Assembly: GCA_963675855.1 (NCBI GenBank)
Contig: OY776633.1
Location: forward strand, 96,901 to 160,900
Source of the DNA: Christensenellaceae bacterium
GTDB lineage: Bacteria > Bacillota > Clostridia > Christensenellales > CAG-138
Direction: 5' to 3'
DNA length: 64,000 nucleotides
A program made the translations under genes and the position numbers. Numbering within the stretch: position 1 is the first letter of the stretch; each line of letters begins with the position of its first letter. The notes below the pieces were generated by a model. It saw only the letters and a list, made by a program, of their open reading frames with translations, did not search any database and was not told where the DNA came from. Shown here one piece after another: positions 28,851 through 38,726 of this stretch.

Positions 28851-29957
28851 TCAGTCTATATAATACAACGGGTTATAGGGGACGCCGTCTACGATGATCT
28901 CATAGTGGAACACCGGCTTGCCGCCGTCCTCGTCCGCGGCGAGTACGCCGACCTTGTCGCCGATGAACACGCGCTGGTTATATTCCACCTGCACGTCGCT
29001 TAAGTGCGTCAGCCTTGACACGAACCCGTTTCCGTGGTCGATATCGACCACGAAGCCGTACGCGCCGCGCTCGCCGCAGTATACCACGACTCCCTCGCCG
29101 GGCGCGACAATGCTCGTGCCCTCGCTGTTTGAAAGGTTCAGCCCGTAATTCATCTTTCCGTCGACATAACCAAAGAAGCTCACGACCTGCCCGCGCATGG
29201 GATAACCAAGCTGCAGGTCTCCCTTGCTTTTTCCCTGCGGCCCTTCGAGGCGCTCGGGCGTGCCGGACGTGTCCTTCTTCGTGTACGTGCCTGTGCGCAG
29301 GATCGTCGCGCGCGCCTGGTGCAGCGTAAGCGTGACCGGCGTACCCGTTTCGAGCAGTTCTCCCGCGCGGTAGACGGCCTGCATGCTCGTTTGCGTCACT
29401 TCACCCGCGCCCAGCTGCGTGAAAATACGCGCGCCTTTCGGCAGCGCTTCTTCCTCGGACTGCTGCACCTCAGGGCTCGATTCCTGCGTCTGCGTCCGAA
29501 TCGTGGTCAGACGGATGGGTACGATCGACGGATCTTTAAAGAGCAGTTCCAGCGCCTCGCCCGCCTCCAGCGGCTTGACGTAAGGGTCGGCGGACGTGAG
29601 GATGAGTTCGCAGTCGAACCGCGCGGAGAGAAACTTCTCCCCCTCCGGCGCGATCGCGCTGCTGTTTAAGTATTCCCAGAGCATCTGCTTGGCCGCAAGC
29701 TCCGAACCCAGCGTCATCACCGGTTCGCGGTCGACCAGCAGCGTCACGGTATTCTGGTAGGAAACCGGTTCCAGCGTCGGCGCGGGCGTGTTCTCCAGCG
29801 TCTCTAGATTCACCATTTCCGCCTGCGCCTCTTCCATCAGCACGGGGCCCGTCTGCGGCTGCGGCATGGCGGCGCGGACGGCGCCGATGACGCCGAGCGC
29901 GAACAGCACGCCCGCCGCGGCGATCAGGAAGATGCGGTTGAGAAGTTTTTTATTCAC
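28851..29957 (-). CDS. Membrane-anchored M23/LytM-fold protein with a G5-like region and a degenerate active site
   Basis: N-terminal TM helix. C-terminal LytM pattern (YP..G...S.FG, YG..V.IDHGNG, HL, NP..Y), but HxxxD reads NYGLN and HxH reads VFH. Confidence 0.85.
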   Translation of the reverse strand: MNKKLLNRIFLIAAAGVLFALGVIGAVRAAMPQPQTGPVLMEEAQAEMVNLETLENTPAPTLEPVSYQNTVTLLVDREPVMTLGSELAAKQMLWEYLNSSAIAPEGEKFLSARFDCELILTSADPYVKPLEAGEALELLFKDPSIVPIRLTTIRTQTQESSPEVQQSEEEALPKGARIFTQLGAGEVTQTSMQAVYRAGELLETGTPVTLTLHQARATILRTGTYTKKDTSGTPERLEGPQGKSKGDLQLGYPMRGQVVSFFGYVDGKMNYGLNLSNSEGTSIVAPGEGVVVYCGERGAYGFVVDIDHGNGFVSRLTHLSDVQVEYNQRVFIGDKVGVLAADEDGGKPVFHYEIIVDGVPYNPLYYID

Positions 29958-29967
29958 GTTTTTTTGG

Positions 29968-30076
29968 TTTTGATCCTTTCCAGCCCGCCCTCGTCAACCA
30001 ATCTTGACGTAAACCGCGTTTCCGATTTTGATCCTTCCAGCCCGCCTGCGTCAGCCGACCTTGACATAAGCCGCGT
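29968..30076. repeat. Diverged tandem duplication (about 52 bp) of the SpoIID-SH3 gene 3' end plus the downstream RBS
   Basis: 29968-30019 aligns with 30026-30076 with 7 substitutions and 1 indel. Confidence 0.85.
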
Positions 30077-32834
30077 AACAGTACCCTTTCGTACCGCTGT
30101 AATCGACATAGCACCAGCCGTTTGCGATCGAATAGATCGTGACCGTCGAACCTCTGTCCATCGTGAGCAGTATCTGCGAACCGGAACTCGTCGAAGGCTG
30201 CTCTCTGAGGTTGAGCCGTCCCGTGACCACGCCCGTCGTCGTAATGGGTTCCACGGCGCTGGTCATGGTGACGTATTTTGCGAGCGTATATCCTGCGATT
30301 TTCGCGGAAGGAATTTCTATTTGATACCAGCTGCCGTACGAACCGGTCACCAGCACGCTCGTATAGCGTACGAGCCTGCCGAAGCTGTTGTAACGCGTGT
30401 CCGGCCCTTCGCGAAGGATGATGCCGGAGGCGTTGATATACCCGTCGCTGGACGCCGCGCCGCTGCTGCTGTAGGAACTCAGCTGCGTCAGGGTGACATA
30501 TTTGGCGTAGATGTATCCTTCCAGCCCGGTGGGTGAAACACGCACATGGTACCAGGAACCAGTTTTTTCATAGATGTCGAGCTCGGTGTCTTTCACGAGC
30601 CTTCCGTAGCTTCTGGTGGACGTGCTTCCACCCGCGCGGATGTTCACGCCGTTTGCGTTGACCACACCCACTGCGGAAAGCTCGGGCGCCAATGTCGGTC
30701 CCGGCTCCGGGGTCGGCGACGGCGTTGCCGTAAAATCGGACGCCGTAGGCGCGGGCGTCGCGTCCGTTTGACCCGCCGTCTGGTCCGCCGCCGGGGCGGA
30801 GCCGGAGCTCTGCGCGGTGCTCTGGGTAATGACGACGTAGCTCTTGCTGATGAAGCCGTCCTGTCCGGTCGAGATGATTTTTACTTTATACCAGCCATTC
30901 ACCATGCCGTAGATGCCAAGCTGGGTGTCCTGCGAAAGCTGCGCGACCGCGGAATAGCTCGTTCCCGGGCCGCTGCGGCAGTTCACCGCGCTGGCGGAGA
31001 CCTTGCCCTGCGCGATCATGCTGGCGCCCGTGAGCTGGATGAAGTCGTAACGGATGTACCCCGTTTTACCGTTCGGCGTGACGATATAATACCACTCGCC
31101 GGTGATGCCGTTGAGCGTCACCTGCGTACCCTCCGCGAGGGTTTCCAGCACGCTGCCGGAGGTAGAGGCGATGGAGCGGACGTTGACCGAACCGCCCTGC
31201 ACCTTGCCGGTCGAGGCGCTCGTATCTGCGGTTTCGGGCTGCGTCGCGCCGACCGATTCGGGGAACGTATAGCCCATTGTGCCGAGCGTCGCGCCCGGGT
31301 AATAGAAGCGGAGTATTTCGGAATAGCTCTTGCCGATGTTCGCCATGTACTGGGCGCCGCGCTGGCTCATGCCGACGCCGTGGCCGTGGCGGGCGTGGTA
31401 GATCGTCCATCCGCCGCTCGTCGGTGCGGCATAGAAGATCTTCAACACCGTCGATTGAAACAGCCCCGCGGCGACCATGTCCGAAATCGGGAAGCTGATG
31501 CTGACCTGGCTTGTGCGCACGGTCTCGATTTCAGGCGTCGGCGAAGGCGTCGGGTCAAAGGCGGGCGTGGGGCTCGGCGTCGGCGCAAAGGTCGGTGTCG
31601 GCGACGGCGTTGCCTCCGGCGCAGGCTCCGGCGAAGGCGTAACGCCATCCGGCAGCGGCGTCGAATCCGTATTATCCGGCGTAGCGGCCGGTTTAAAGGT
31701 CGGGGTGGGGCTCGGCGTGGGTTCGAAGGTCGGCGTGGGGCTCGGCGTCGGCGCAAAGGTCGGCGTGAGGCTCGGGATGAGCGCTTCATCGAGGTTTGCG
31801 CGCACGGTCGCCGTCACGGTTACCGTGGTATGGTTCAGATCGTCCGCATAACCCGCCGTGCCGGAGGAAACCACGCTGTCGATGGACTGTATCCCGGCAA
31901 AATAGAAGTTCTTCGGGATCACGCCGCGTTCGGCGACCGCAGCCATAAGCCGCGCGTCGAGAAACGCGAACGCCGCGGTCCCCATCTGCTGCTCGCTGTA
32001 GATCGCGGAGAAAAACACCTTTTCCACCGGCGTAACGGGGTTTTTCAGGTCGTACGGATCCGCGCCGTAGTTATACGCGCCGTCGTAGATCGGGCTGGTC
32101 CATCGGTCGGAAGGAAGTATCATCCAGCCGCCGTTGCTCGCGGCGTAGTAACAGTAGAGCGGCACGCTGTTGTAGTAAAGAACGCTTCCCATGGTAGAGT
32201 CCACGGCGCGGATGACGTTCTGAAGCGTGGGGTCGTATCCTTTGTACACCTGGTCGCTCGATGTGTCGGTCAGATCGTATGTTCCGCTCTGCCGGGTTTT
32301 GAGCAGCGCGTAGCCTTTCGCCGCGATGGCCTGCGCCTTGAGCGCCTCCAGCGGGAATGCGTTGTTCATCTCGTATCCGACCACGCCGTAGAGGTAATGC
32401 GAAAGCGGCACGCGGTTGATGATCGTGAGCACGCCGTTATTGGCGGAAATAGCGAAGTTGCCGAGATAATTGCGCGAGCCCGCGGCGGTCTTGACCGTCA
32501 GGTACCCTGCGCCGCGCGCAATGTCCGCGCGTTCTATGGTCGCGCCGCCGCCGGTATAGATCTTCCCCTCGGTTGAGTGTGTGACGGTGACCGTGCTGCC
32601 GCTGGCGGATATGTTAAGCGTCCCGTCCGTAAACGTGCGCTGCGTCTGCGCGAGCGTATAGGTGCCTTTTACAGGCACGCTCATCGACCGCGCCGACTGC
32701 GTGGATAGCAGCACGCGGATGTATTTTACGCCGGAGTCCGCCGGCGCGGAGGATAGCGGCACGGCGAGCAGAAACATCGCCAGTACTGCCAGCACGGCGA
32801 TTCCTCTGCGAATCCGGATCGAACGTATCATCAT
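30051..32834 (-). CDS. Secreted SpoIID/LytB-domain peptidoglycan hydrolase with a Pro/Thr linker and five SH3b domains
   Basis: Signal peptide; [33 protein letters not shown]; TPSP repeats; five N.R..(P/A)ST...W Y.V...GY SH3b-type units. Confidence 0.9.
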   Translation of the reverse strand: MMIRSIRIRRGIAVLAVLAMFLLAVPLSSAPADSGVKYIRVLLSTQSARSMSVPVKGTYTLAQTQRTFTDGTLNISASGSTVTVTHSTEGKIYTGGGATIERADIARGAGYLTVKTAAGSRNYLGNFAISANNGVLTIINRVPLSHYLYGVVGYEMNNAFPLEALKAQAIAAKGYALLKTRQSGTYDLTDTSSDQVYKGYDPTLQNVIRAVDSTMGSVLYYNSVPLYCYYAASNGGWMILPSDRWTSPIYDGAYNYGADPYDLKNPVTPVEKVFFSAIYSEQQMGTAAFAFLDARLMAAVAERGVIPKNFYFAGIQSIDSVVSSGTAGYADDLNHTTVTVTATVRANLDEALIPSLTPTFAPTPSPTPTFEPTPSPTPTFKPAATPDNTDSTPLPDGVTPSPEPAPEATPSPTPTFAPTPSPTPAFDPTPSPTPEIETVRTSQVSISFPISDMVAAGLFQSTVLKIFYAAPTSGGWTIYHARHGHGVGMSQRGAQYMANIGKSYSEILRFYYPGATLGTMGYTFPESVGATQPETADTSASTGKVQGGSVNVRSIASTSGSVLETLAEGTQVTLNGITGEWYYIVTPNGKTGYIRYDFIQLTGASMIAQGKVSASAVNCRSGPGTSYSAVAQLSQDTQLGIYGMVNGWYKVKIISTGQDGFISKSYVVITQSTAQSSGSAPAADQTAGQTDATPAPTASDFTATPSPTPEPGPTLAPELSAVGVVNANGVNIRAGGSTSTRSYGRLVKDTELDIYEKTGSWYHVRVSPTGLEGYIYAKYVTLTQLSSYSSSGAASSDGYINASGIILREGPDTRYNSFGRLVRYTSVLVTGSYGSWYQIEIPSAKIAGYTLAKYVTMTSAVEPITTTGVVTGRLNLREQPSTSSGSQILLTMDRGSTVTIYSIANGWCYVDYSGTKGYCYAAYVKVG

Positions 32835-32967
32835 ATGTCCCCCGAAATTAGATTCTGCACAACGCATATGTAACAATTATTTGATGTGATTGTATCGGAT
32901 TTGACCGCTGGATTGCACCTGTTTTTTTAATTCTTCTCGGATTGTTCACTTTGCGGCAACAGCCCGT

Positions 32968-33822
32968 CTACACGTTCGCCCCAGTCGCCTCGCCCGCCCG
33001 TTTGACGCTTTCGCATACGCGCGCAAACGGCAGGTCTTCAAGCTCAAGCAGCGCGGCTTCCGCGGCGGTGCGGTTGGAAAAAACGCCGAATACGGCGCTC
33101 CCGCTGCCGCTCATACAGGCGGCCTTGGCCCCGGCCTTGAAAAGCCTCTGTTTGACGCGCCCGATTTCGGGCACGAGCTCGACCGCCGGTTCTTCCAGCG
33201 CGTTGTATAACAGCGGGCAGAGCGCGTCGAGATCGCCCGCAGAGAGGGCTTTGAGCGCCGCGGCGTTGTCCGGCATTTCGCGCGGAAGCTTTAAAAGCGA
33301 AAAAAGTTTTCTGGTGGAGACGCCTTCGTGCGGTTTTGCAACGACGAAGCACAGCTTTATGCCGCGCACGGGCGTGAGCGCTTCTCCGACGCCCTCGGCG
33401 CGCTGCGTGCCGCCGCGGAGGCAAAAAGGCACGTCCGCCCCGACCTTCAGGCCGAGTTCAACGAGCGTGGGTTCGTCCACTTCGCCGTAAAGCGTCTGCA
33501 GGCCGTTAAGCGCTGCCGCCGCGTCCGCGCTGCCGCCACCGAGCCCTGCTTCGGCGGGGATGCGCTTGACCACGCGTATTCGCGCGCCGCGCCCCGTAAG
33601 CGCGCGGTACGCTTCCGCCGCGCGCCGGAGCGTGTTGTCGTAAGGCAGCGTCATGCCCGTGCTCGTGACCACGATATCCCGCGCGCGCTCGACGGCGACC
33701 GTGTCGAACAAATCGATGCTCTGCATGATCGAGTCAAGCGCGTGGTAGCCGTCCGTGCGTTTAAAGAGCACACCGAGCGTGAGATTCAGTTTTGCATAGG
33801 CGCGCTGCAATGTCCTGTCCAT
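32968..33822 (-). CDS. ispE: 4-diphosphocytidyl-2-C-methyl-D-erythritol kinase
   Basis: AKLNL.L, DGYH, KRIP..AGLGGGSADAAA, GADVPF, MSGSGS.VFG; start placed at ATG 33822. Confidence 0.95.
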   Translation of the reverse strand: MDRTLQRAYAKLNLTLGVLFKRTDGYHALDSIMQSIDLFDTVAVERARDIVVTSTGMTLPYDNTLRRAAEAYRALTGRGARIRVVKRIPAEAGLGGGSADAAAALNGLQTLYGEVDEPTLVELGLKVGADVPFCLRGGTQRAEGVGEALTPVRGIKLCFVVAKPHEGVSTRKLFSLLKLPREMPDNAAALKALSAGDLDALCPLLYNALEEPAVELVPEIGRVKQRLFKAGAKAACMSGSGSAVFGVFSNRTAAEAALLELEDLPFARVCESVKRAGEATGANV

Positions 33823-33951
33823 GGCACAAAGTATAGCAAAAACACGCGCGGTTTGCCAGACGGCCCCGCACGAAAACGAGTTTGTCACTGTCGCGTTTTT
33901 ATCCCTTGTGCTATACTATTGTTTGTTTAAATTCGAAGGAGAACACCCTAT

Positions 33952-34734
33952 ATGCTGTTTTCGCCGTTGTGCAGCGGTTCGTCCGGCAATGCCTCGTATC
34001 TGGAGGCGGGCGGCGTGCGCCTGCTCATCGACGCGGGCGTCACAGCCAAGCGGTTAAACGAGCTGATGTCCATGATCGACGTCTCGCCGACAGGGCTGGA
34101 CGCCATACTGATCACCCATGAACACTCCGATCATATCTCCGGCATCGGCGTGCTCTCGCGCAAGTACGATATCCCTGTCTACGCGGCGGAAAAGTGCTGG
34201 GATAACATGCCGCAAAGCATCGGCAGAATCGCGCAGAAAAACATCCGCGTGTTCGAACCCGACCGGGAGTTTTATTTAAAGCAGCTTTGCGTGCACCCGT
34301 TCACTATACCGCACGACGCGGCGCACGCCGTGGGCTATTCGTTTGTCCACGGCGGCAAGAAGCTCTCCATTATGACCGACATCGGGCATGTCAGCAACCG
34401 CATGCTCGATGCGGTGGCGAATTCCGATCTGATCCTGCTCGAAGCCAACCACGACGTGGACATGCTCAAAGCGGGCAGTTACCCCTATCCGCTCAAGATG
34501 CGCATCCTCTCCTCCAACGGGCATCTTTGCAACGAGGACGCGGGGCTCGTGCTGCAAAAGCTGCATAGCCGCGGGGTGAAAAACGCGATCCTGGGGCACC
34601 TGTCGGAGGAGAACAATACGCCGGAGCTCGCGCTGGTGACGGTGCAGGCGCTGCTTGAGGAAGCGGGGCTTCTCGAGAGCATGTTCGTCACGGTCGCGGA
34701 CCGGTTTCAACCCTGCGGATTATTCGAATTATAG
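33952..34734 (+). CDS. MBL-fold metallo-hydrolase (YycJ/WalJ-like)
   Basis: SGSSGN, DAG, THEHSDH, HDA, TD.G, EANHD, GHL.N, HLSEENN; precedes rlmH. Confidence 0.9.
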   Translation: MLFSPLCSGSSGNASYLEAGGVRLLIDAGVTAKRLNELMSMIDVSPTGLDAILITHEHSDHISGIGVLSRKYDIPVYAAEKCWDNMPQSIGRIAQKNIRVFEPDREFYLKQLCVHPFTIPHDAAHAVGYSFVHGGKKLSIMTDIGHVSNRMLDAVANSDLILLEANHDVDMLKAGSYPYPLKMRILSSNGHLCNEDAGLVLQKLHSRGVKNAILGHLSEENNTPELALVTVQALLEEAGLLESMFVTVADRFQPCGLFEL

Positions 34735-34738
34735 CATC

Positions 34739-35218
34739 ATGAAAATCAAAATCGCCTGTGTCGGAAAACTGAAGGACCGATTCAACCGCGAGGCCGTAGC
34801 GGAATACGCAAAGCGTCTCTCGCGTTTTTGTACGCTCGAAATATCCGAGGTTTCGGATGAAAAAGCGCCGGAGTCTCTCTCCGAAGCGGAGGAAGCGCAG
34901 GTGCTCGACAAAGAGGGCGAACGTCTGCTGGGGCGCATCCAGCCGGGCGAGTTTGTCATATGCCTCGCAATCGACGGCAAACAGTTCGGCTCCGAAGCGT
35001 TTGCGGGCATCATCCAAACTACGTTTGAGCGCGGCTTTTCCTGCATCACGTTCGTTATCGGCGGGTCGCTCGGTTTGAGCCCGCGCGTGTTAGAGCGCGC
35101 GAACTTGAGGCTCTCGCTATCCGAAATGACCCTTCCGCACGGCCTCTGCCGCGCGGTGCTGACAGAGCAGATCTACCGCGCGTTCAAGATCTACGCGCAC
35201 GAGCCGTATCACAAGTGA
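34739..35218 (+). CDS. rlmH: 23S rRNA (m3Psi1915) methyltransferase
   Basis: VGKLK, EY.KRL, F.IGGSLG, MTLPH.L, EQIYRA.KI...EPYHK. Confidence 0.95.
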   Translation: MKIKIACVGKLKDRFNREAVAEYAKRLSRFCTLEISEVSDEKAPESLSEAEEAQVLDKEGERLLGRIQPGEFVICLAIDGKQFGSEAFAGIIQTTFERGFSCITFVIGGSLGLSPRVLERANLRLSLSEMTLPHGLCRAVLTEQIYRAFKIYAHEPYHK

Positions 35219-35282
35219 CGCAGGCGCCGCAAATTGACACGTTTTGTTTTCATTTCGGCCCGGAAGCCGGACTGCCGTTTGT

Positions 35283-35311
35283 TTGACACGGCTTTTTTAA
35301 TCATATATAAT
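35283..35311 (+). promoter_or_regulatory. Consensus sigmaA promoter
   Basis: TTGACA-17 nt-TATAAT directly before the riboswitch. Confidence 0.9.
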
Positions 35312-35324
35312 ATAAAGACAATCA

Positions 35325-35514
35325 TATTGCTGAATCTTCCGTGCGCAACACGGAAGAGCGGGAGAACCAATTATTGGGGTGAATCCGGCGGTTCCGCCGG
35401 TAGGACAGCTTTCAGTCCGAACCCGTCAGCTAATCTCGTAAGCGTGGAAAGCTGGTTTCATTTGGCGTCTATTCTTTCATGCGCTTGCGATTTCGCGGGC
35501 GCATGTTTCTTTCT
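35325..35514 (+). ncRNA. c-di-AMP (ydaO/yuaA) riboswitch with terminator
   Basis: GCTGAATC..GAGCGGGAGAACC..GGGGTGAATCC..GGTAGG..CCGAACCCGTCAGCTAATCTCGTAAGC matches the ydaO consensus blocks. Followed by CATGCGCTTGCGA-TT-TCGCGGGCGCATG-TTTCTTT. Confidence 0.92.
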
Positions 35515-35577
35515 CTGTTTTTTGCCCGTACAAAGACAAATTCAATTCTAAATTCTTTCACGAAAGGAGACTTGCGT

Positions 35578-36366
35578 ATGATCCGAACAGCCGTATGCGG
35601 CGTTGGCCGCACGGGTAAAGAAGTGCTTCGCGCGGTTCTCGACAGCGATCAATTTCAACTCCTTGCCGCGTTTTGCAGCCCGAACAGCGAAAAGGCCGGG
35701 CGCGACGTCGGCAACTACCTCAACCGCAACGACGTCGGCATCCACATCCGGGAGGTCACGCAGATTGATCAAGCGCTCACCGAGACACCGGTCGACGTGG
35801 TGATCGATTTTTCCAACCCCGCCGTCACCAGGATGCTGCTGCGCGCCTGCAAAAAGCACCGCGCCGCAGCCGTTCTCTGCACAACCGGATACTCGGAAGC
35901 GGATCTTTTATGGATGAGCGAATTCGTCAAGCACAATAAATCCGGCGTGGTGTTCGCGCCGAACGTAACGCTCGGCGTCAACGTGCTGCTCGCGGCGCTA
36001 AGGCTCGTCGCGCGCGCGTTGCCCGGCTTCGACTATCACATCACGGAAACGCACCACAATAAAAAATTCGACGTCCCCTCCGGCACGGCGAAAAAACTCG
36101 CCGCCGCTATCGAGGAGGAGCTTCCCGCAGGGCCGGAGGTGCCCATCAGCGCAATCCGCGCGGGCGGCTACGTCGGCCTGCACACCATCATGCTCGCCAG
36201 CGATTACGAGCGGCTTTCGCTGACGCATGAGTCGTTCAGCCGCCGGGCGTTCGTGGAGGGCGCGCTGGTCGCCGCCGCGTTCATCGCGGGGAAGATCGGC
36301 TGGTACACCATGGAAGACGTGCTCGGCATGCACGAGCCGCAGCAGGCGGCGGCAGACGCGGTATAG
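35578..36366 (+). CDS. dapB: 4-hydroxy-tetrahydrodipicolinate reductase
   Basis: G.GRTG, DV.IDFS.P, TTG, APN...G, ETHHNKKFDVPSGTA, R.G...G.H, R.AF..GA; ATG behind AAGGAG. Confidence 0.88.
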   Translation: MIRTAVCGVGRTGKEVLRAVLDSDQFQLLAAFCSPNSEKAGRDVGNYLNRNDVGIHIREVTQIDQALTETPVDVVIDFSNPAVTRMLLRACKKHRAAAVLCTTGYSEADLLWMSEFVKHNKSGVVFAPNVTLGVNVLLAALRLVARALPGFDYHITETHHNKKFDVPSGTAKKLAAAIEEELPAGPEVPISAIRAGGYVGLHTIMLASDYERLSLTHESFSRRAFVEGALVAAAFIAGKIGWYTMEDVLGMHEPQQAAADAV

Positions 36367-36390
36367 CCGCTTTCCCGGCGCAGCCGGCAA

Positions 36391-36663
36391 TTGACATTTT
36401 GTAAACCCGGGCGTATACTAATAACTACTTTCGGAGAGACCCGGGAAGCAGTAGCGCCACCTTAGAGCGCATCCACCCAAGAGAGCCGCGCATTTTGCTG
36501 CGAGCGCGGCGGCGGATGACGGCGCGAAGACCGCCCGGCGACCGAACCAGCGGGTGCCGCCCGATACAGCGCAAGAGAGAGCGCGGAGCGATCCGCGAAT
36601 ACGGGTGGAACCACGGTAGCGTATCTATCGTCCCAGAGCATAAGACGCTTTGGGACGTTTTTT
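36391..36663 (+). promoter_or_regulatory. Promoter and Thr T-box riboswitch
   Basis: TTGACA-17-TATACT; stem I AGTA/GAA loop-E with specifier ACC (36530-36532); T-box AATACGGGTGGAACCACG (36598-36615); terminator GTCCCAGAGC..GCTTTGGGAC followed by a T-tract. Confidence 0.92.
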
Positions 36664-36721
36664 ATTGTTCCGGTAAAAAACGGCGGACAGGATTTAGTTA
36701 GACACAACAGGAGGAAACAAA

Positions 36722-38671
36722 ATGATTATCACATTTCCAGACGGAAGCAAACGCGAATTCGCCGACGGCATAACGGGTCTCGACATCGCGAACGAAATCA
36801 GCCCGCGCCTTGCCAAGGCAACGCTGTCATGCGCCATCGACGGCGCGCACACAGACGCGTTCAGGCCCGTCACGGGCGACCACGCGATCCAGTTTTTCAC
36901 CTTTAAGGATGAAGACGGCCGCTGGGCGTACCGCCACACGGCCTCGCACGTGCTCGCGCAGGCGGTCAAGCGGCTCTGGCCGGAGACGAAACTCGCCATC
37001 GGCCCCGCGATCGAAAACGGGTTTTACTACGACTTCGACACGCCGGAGACCTTCTCGCCCGAAGACCTCGGCAAAATCGAGGCCGAAATGGCGAAGATCG
37101 AGAAGGAAGATCAGCAGGTCGAGCGCTTCGAGCTGCCCCGCGAGGAAGCCATCGCGTACATGGACAAGCTCGGCGAGCCGTACAAGGTCGAGCTCATACG
37201 CGACCTGCCGGAGGGTTCCGTCATCAGCTTCTACCGCCAGGGCGACTTCGTCGACCTCTGCGCGGGCCCGCACGTAAAAAGCACCGGCGTAGTGAAAAAC
37301 ATCAAGCTGTTAAACGTCGCCGGCGCGTATTGGCGCGGCAGCGAGAAGAACAAGATGCTCCAGCGCATCTACGGCACGGCGTTTGAAAAAAAATCCGAAC
37401 TGGACGCGTACGTCACCGCGCTGGAAGAAGCGAAAAAACGCGACCACAACAAACTCGGCCGCGAGCTGGAGCTGTTTACGACCGTGGATATCATCGGACA
37501 GGGGCTGCCGATCCTGCTGCCAAAGGGCGCGCGGGTGATTCAACTGCTGCAGCGCTTTGTCGAGGACGAGGAGCAAAAGCGCGGCTACATGCTCACAAAG
37601 ACGCCGTTTATGGCCAAGCGGGAGCTGTATAAGATCTCCGGCCACTGGGACCACTACCGCGAGGGCATGTTCATCATGAGCGACACGCCGGACATCGAGG
37701 ACGAAAACGCGGAAGTGTTCGCGCTGCGCCCCATGACCTGCCCGTTCCAGTTTATGGCGTTTTTAAACCGCTCGCGCTCGTATCGCGACCTGCCGATGCG
37801 CTACAACGAGACGAGCACGCTGTTTCGAAACGAGAGCAGCGGCGAGATGCACGGGCTGATCCGATTAAGACAGTTCACCATCTCCGAAGGCCATCTTGCC
37901 TGCCGCCCCGATCAGGTGGCGGAGGAGTTCAAGGGCTGCCTTGACCTTGCGAAGTTCATGATCGACACGCTCGGCTTTACGGACGACGTGAGTTATCAGT
38001 TCAGCAAATGGGACGAGAACGACACGGACAAGTACATCGGCGACAAAGCGGACTGGGAATGCACGCAGGACATGATGCGCGACATCCTCAACGACCTGAA
38101 GGTGCCGTATCACGAGGCCGAAGGCGAGGCCGCCTTCTACGGGCCGAAGCTGGACATCCAGATCCGCAACGTCTATGGCAAAGAGGACACGCTGATTACG
38201 ATTCAGATCGACTTCCAGCTGGCCGAGCGCTTCGGCATGCAGTATATGGACAGCGACGGGCAGAAGAAATACCCCGTCGTCATCCACCGCACGTCCATCG
38301 GCTGCTACGAGCGCACGCTCGCGCTGCTGATTGAAAAATACGCCGGCGCGCTGCCGGTCTGGATGGCGCCCGTGCAGGTGAAAATATTGCCGATCACCGA
38401 CCGCACGGCGGATGCGTCCGTCGAGATTCAAAAGTCGCTTGAGCAGTACGGCGTCCGCGTGGAAACCGACCTGCGCAATGAAAAGATCGGCTTTAAGATT
38501 CGCGAGGCGCAGATGCAGAAAACGCCGTATATGCTCGTCATCGGCGACAAGGAAGTGGAGCAAAACATCGTCGCGGTGCGCTCGCGCAAGGACGGCGACC
38601 TAGGCACCATGACGCTGGACGACTTCCGCGCCAAGCTGCTGGAAGAGATCGCCACCAAGGCAAAGTCGTAA
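36722..38671 (+). CDS. thrS: Threonine--tRNA ligase
   Basis: TGS domain, HTASH.LAQA, DLCAGPH, AKKRDH.KLG, RPMTCP, FYGPK.D, IHR...G..ER. Confidence 0.98.
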   Translation: MIITFPDGSKREFADGITGLDIANEISPRLAKATLSCAIDGAHTDAFRPVTGDHAIQFFTFKDEDGRWAYRHTASHVLAQAVKRLWPETKLAIGPAIENGFYYDFDTPETFSPEDLGKIEAEMAKIEKEDQQVERFELPREEAIAYMDKLGEPYKVELIRDLPEGSVISFYRQGDFVDLCAGPHVKSTGVVKNIKLLNVAGAYWRGSEKNKMLQRIYGTAFEKKSELDAYVTALEEAKKRDHNKLGRELELFTTVDIIGQGLPILLPKGARVIQLLQRFVEDEEQKRGYMLTKTPFMAKRELYKISGHWDHYREGMFIMSDTPDIEDENAEVFALRPMTCPFQFMAFLNRSRSYRDLPMRYNETSTLFRNESSGEMHGLIRLRQFTISEGHLACRPDQVAEEFKGCLDLAKFMIDTLGFTDDVSYQFSKWDENDTDKYIGDKADWECTQDMMRDILNDLKVPYHEAEGEAAFYGPKLDIQIRNVYGKEDTLITIQIDFQLAERFGMQYMDSDGQKKYPVVIHRTSIGCYERTLALLIEKYAGALPVWMAPVQVKILPITDRTADASVEIQKSLEQYGVRVETDLRNEKIGFKIREAQMQKTPYMLVIGDKEVEQNIVAVRSRKDGDLGTMTLDDFRAKLLEEIATKAKS

Positions 38672-38685
38672 CAAACGGGAGACAC

Positions 38686-38712
38686 AAAAAGAGGGCGCAT
38701 ATGCGCCCTCTT
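38686..38712. terminator. Terminator hairpin between thrS and the DUF2806 gene
   Basis: AAAAAGAGGGCGC-ATAT-GCGCCCTCTT between convergent genes. Confidence 0.75.
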
Positions 38713-38726
38713 AAACGATAAATGTA

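Noticed and set aside
31520-31780. GGCGTCGGCG-type repeats
   Set aside because: They encode the Pro/Thr (TPSP) linker of the SpoIID-SH3 protein, an ordinary spacer.
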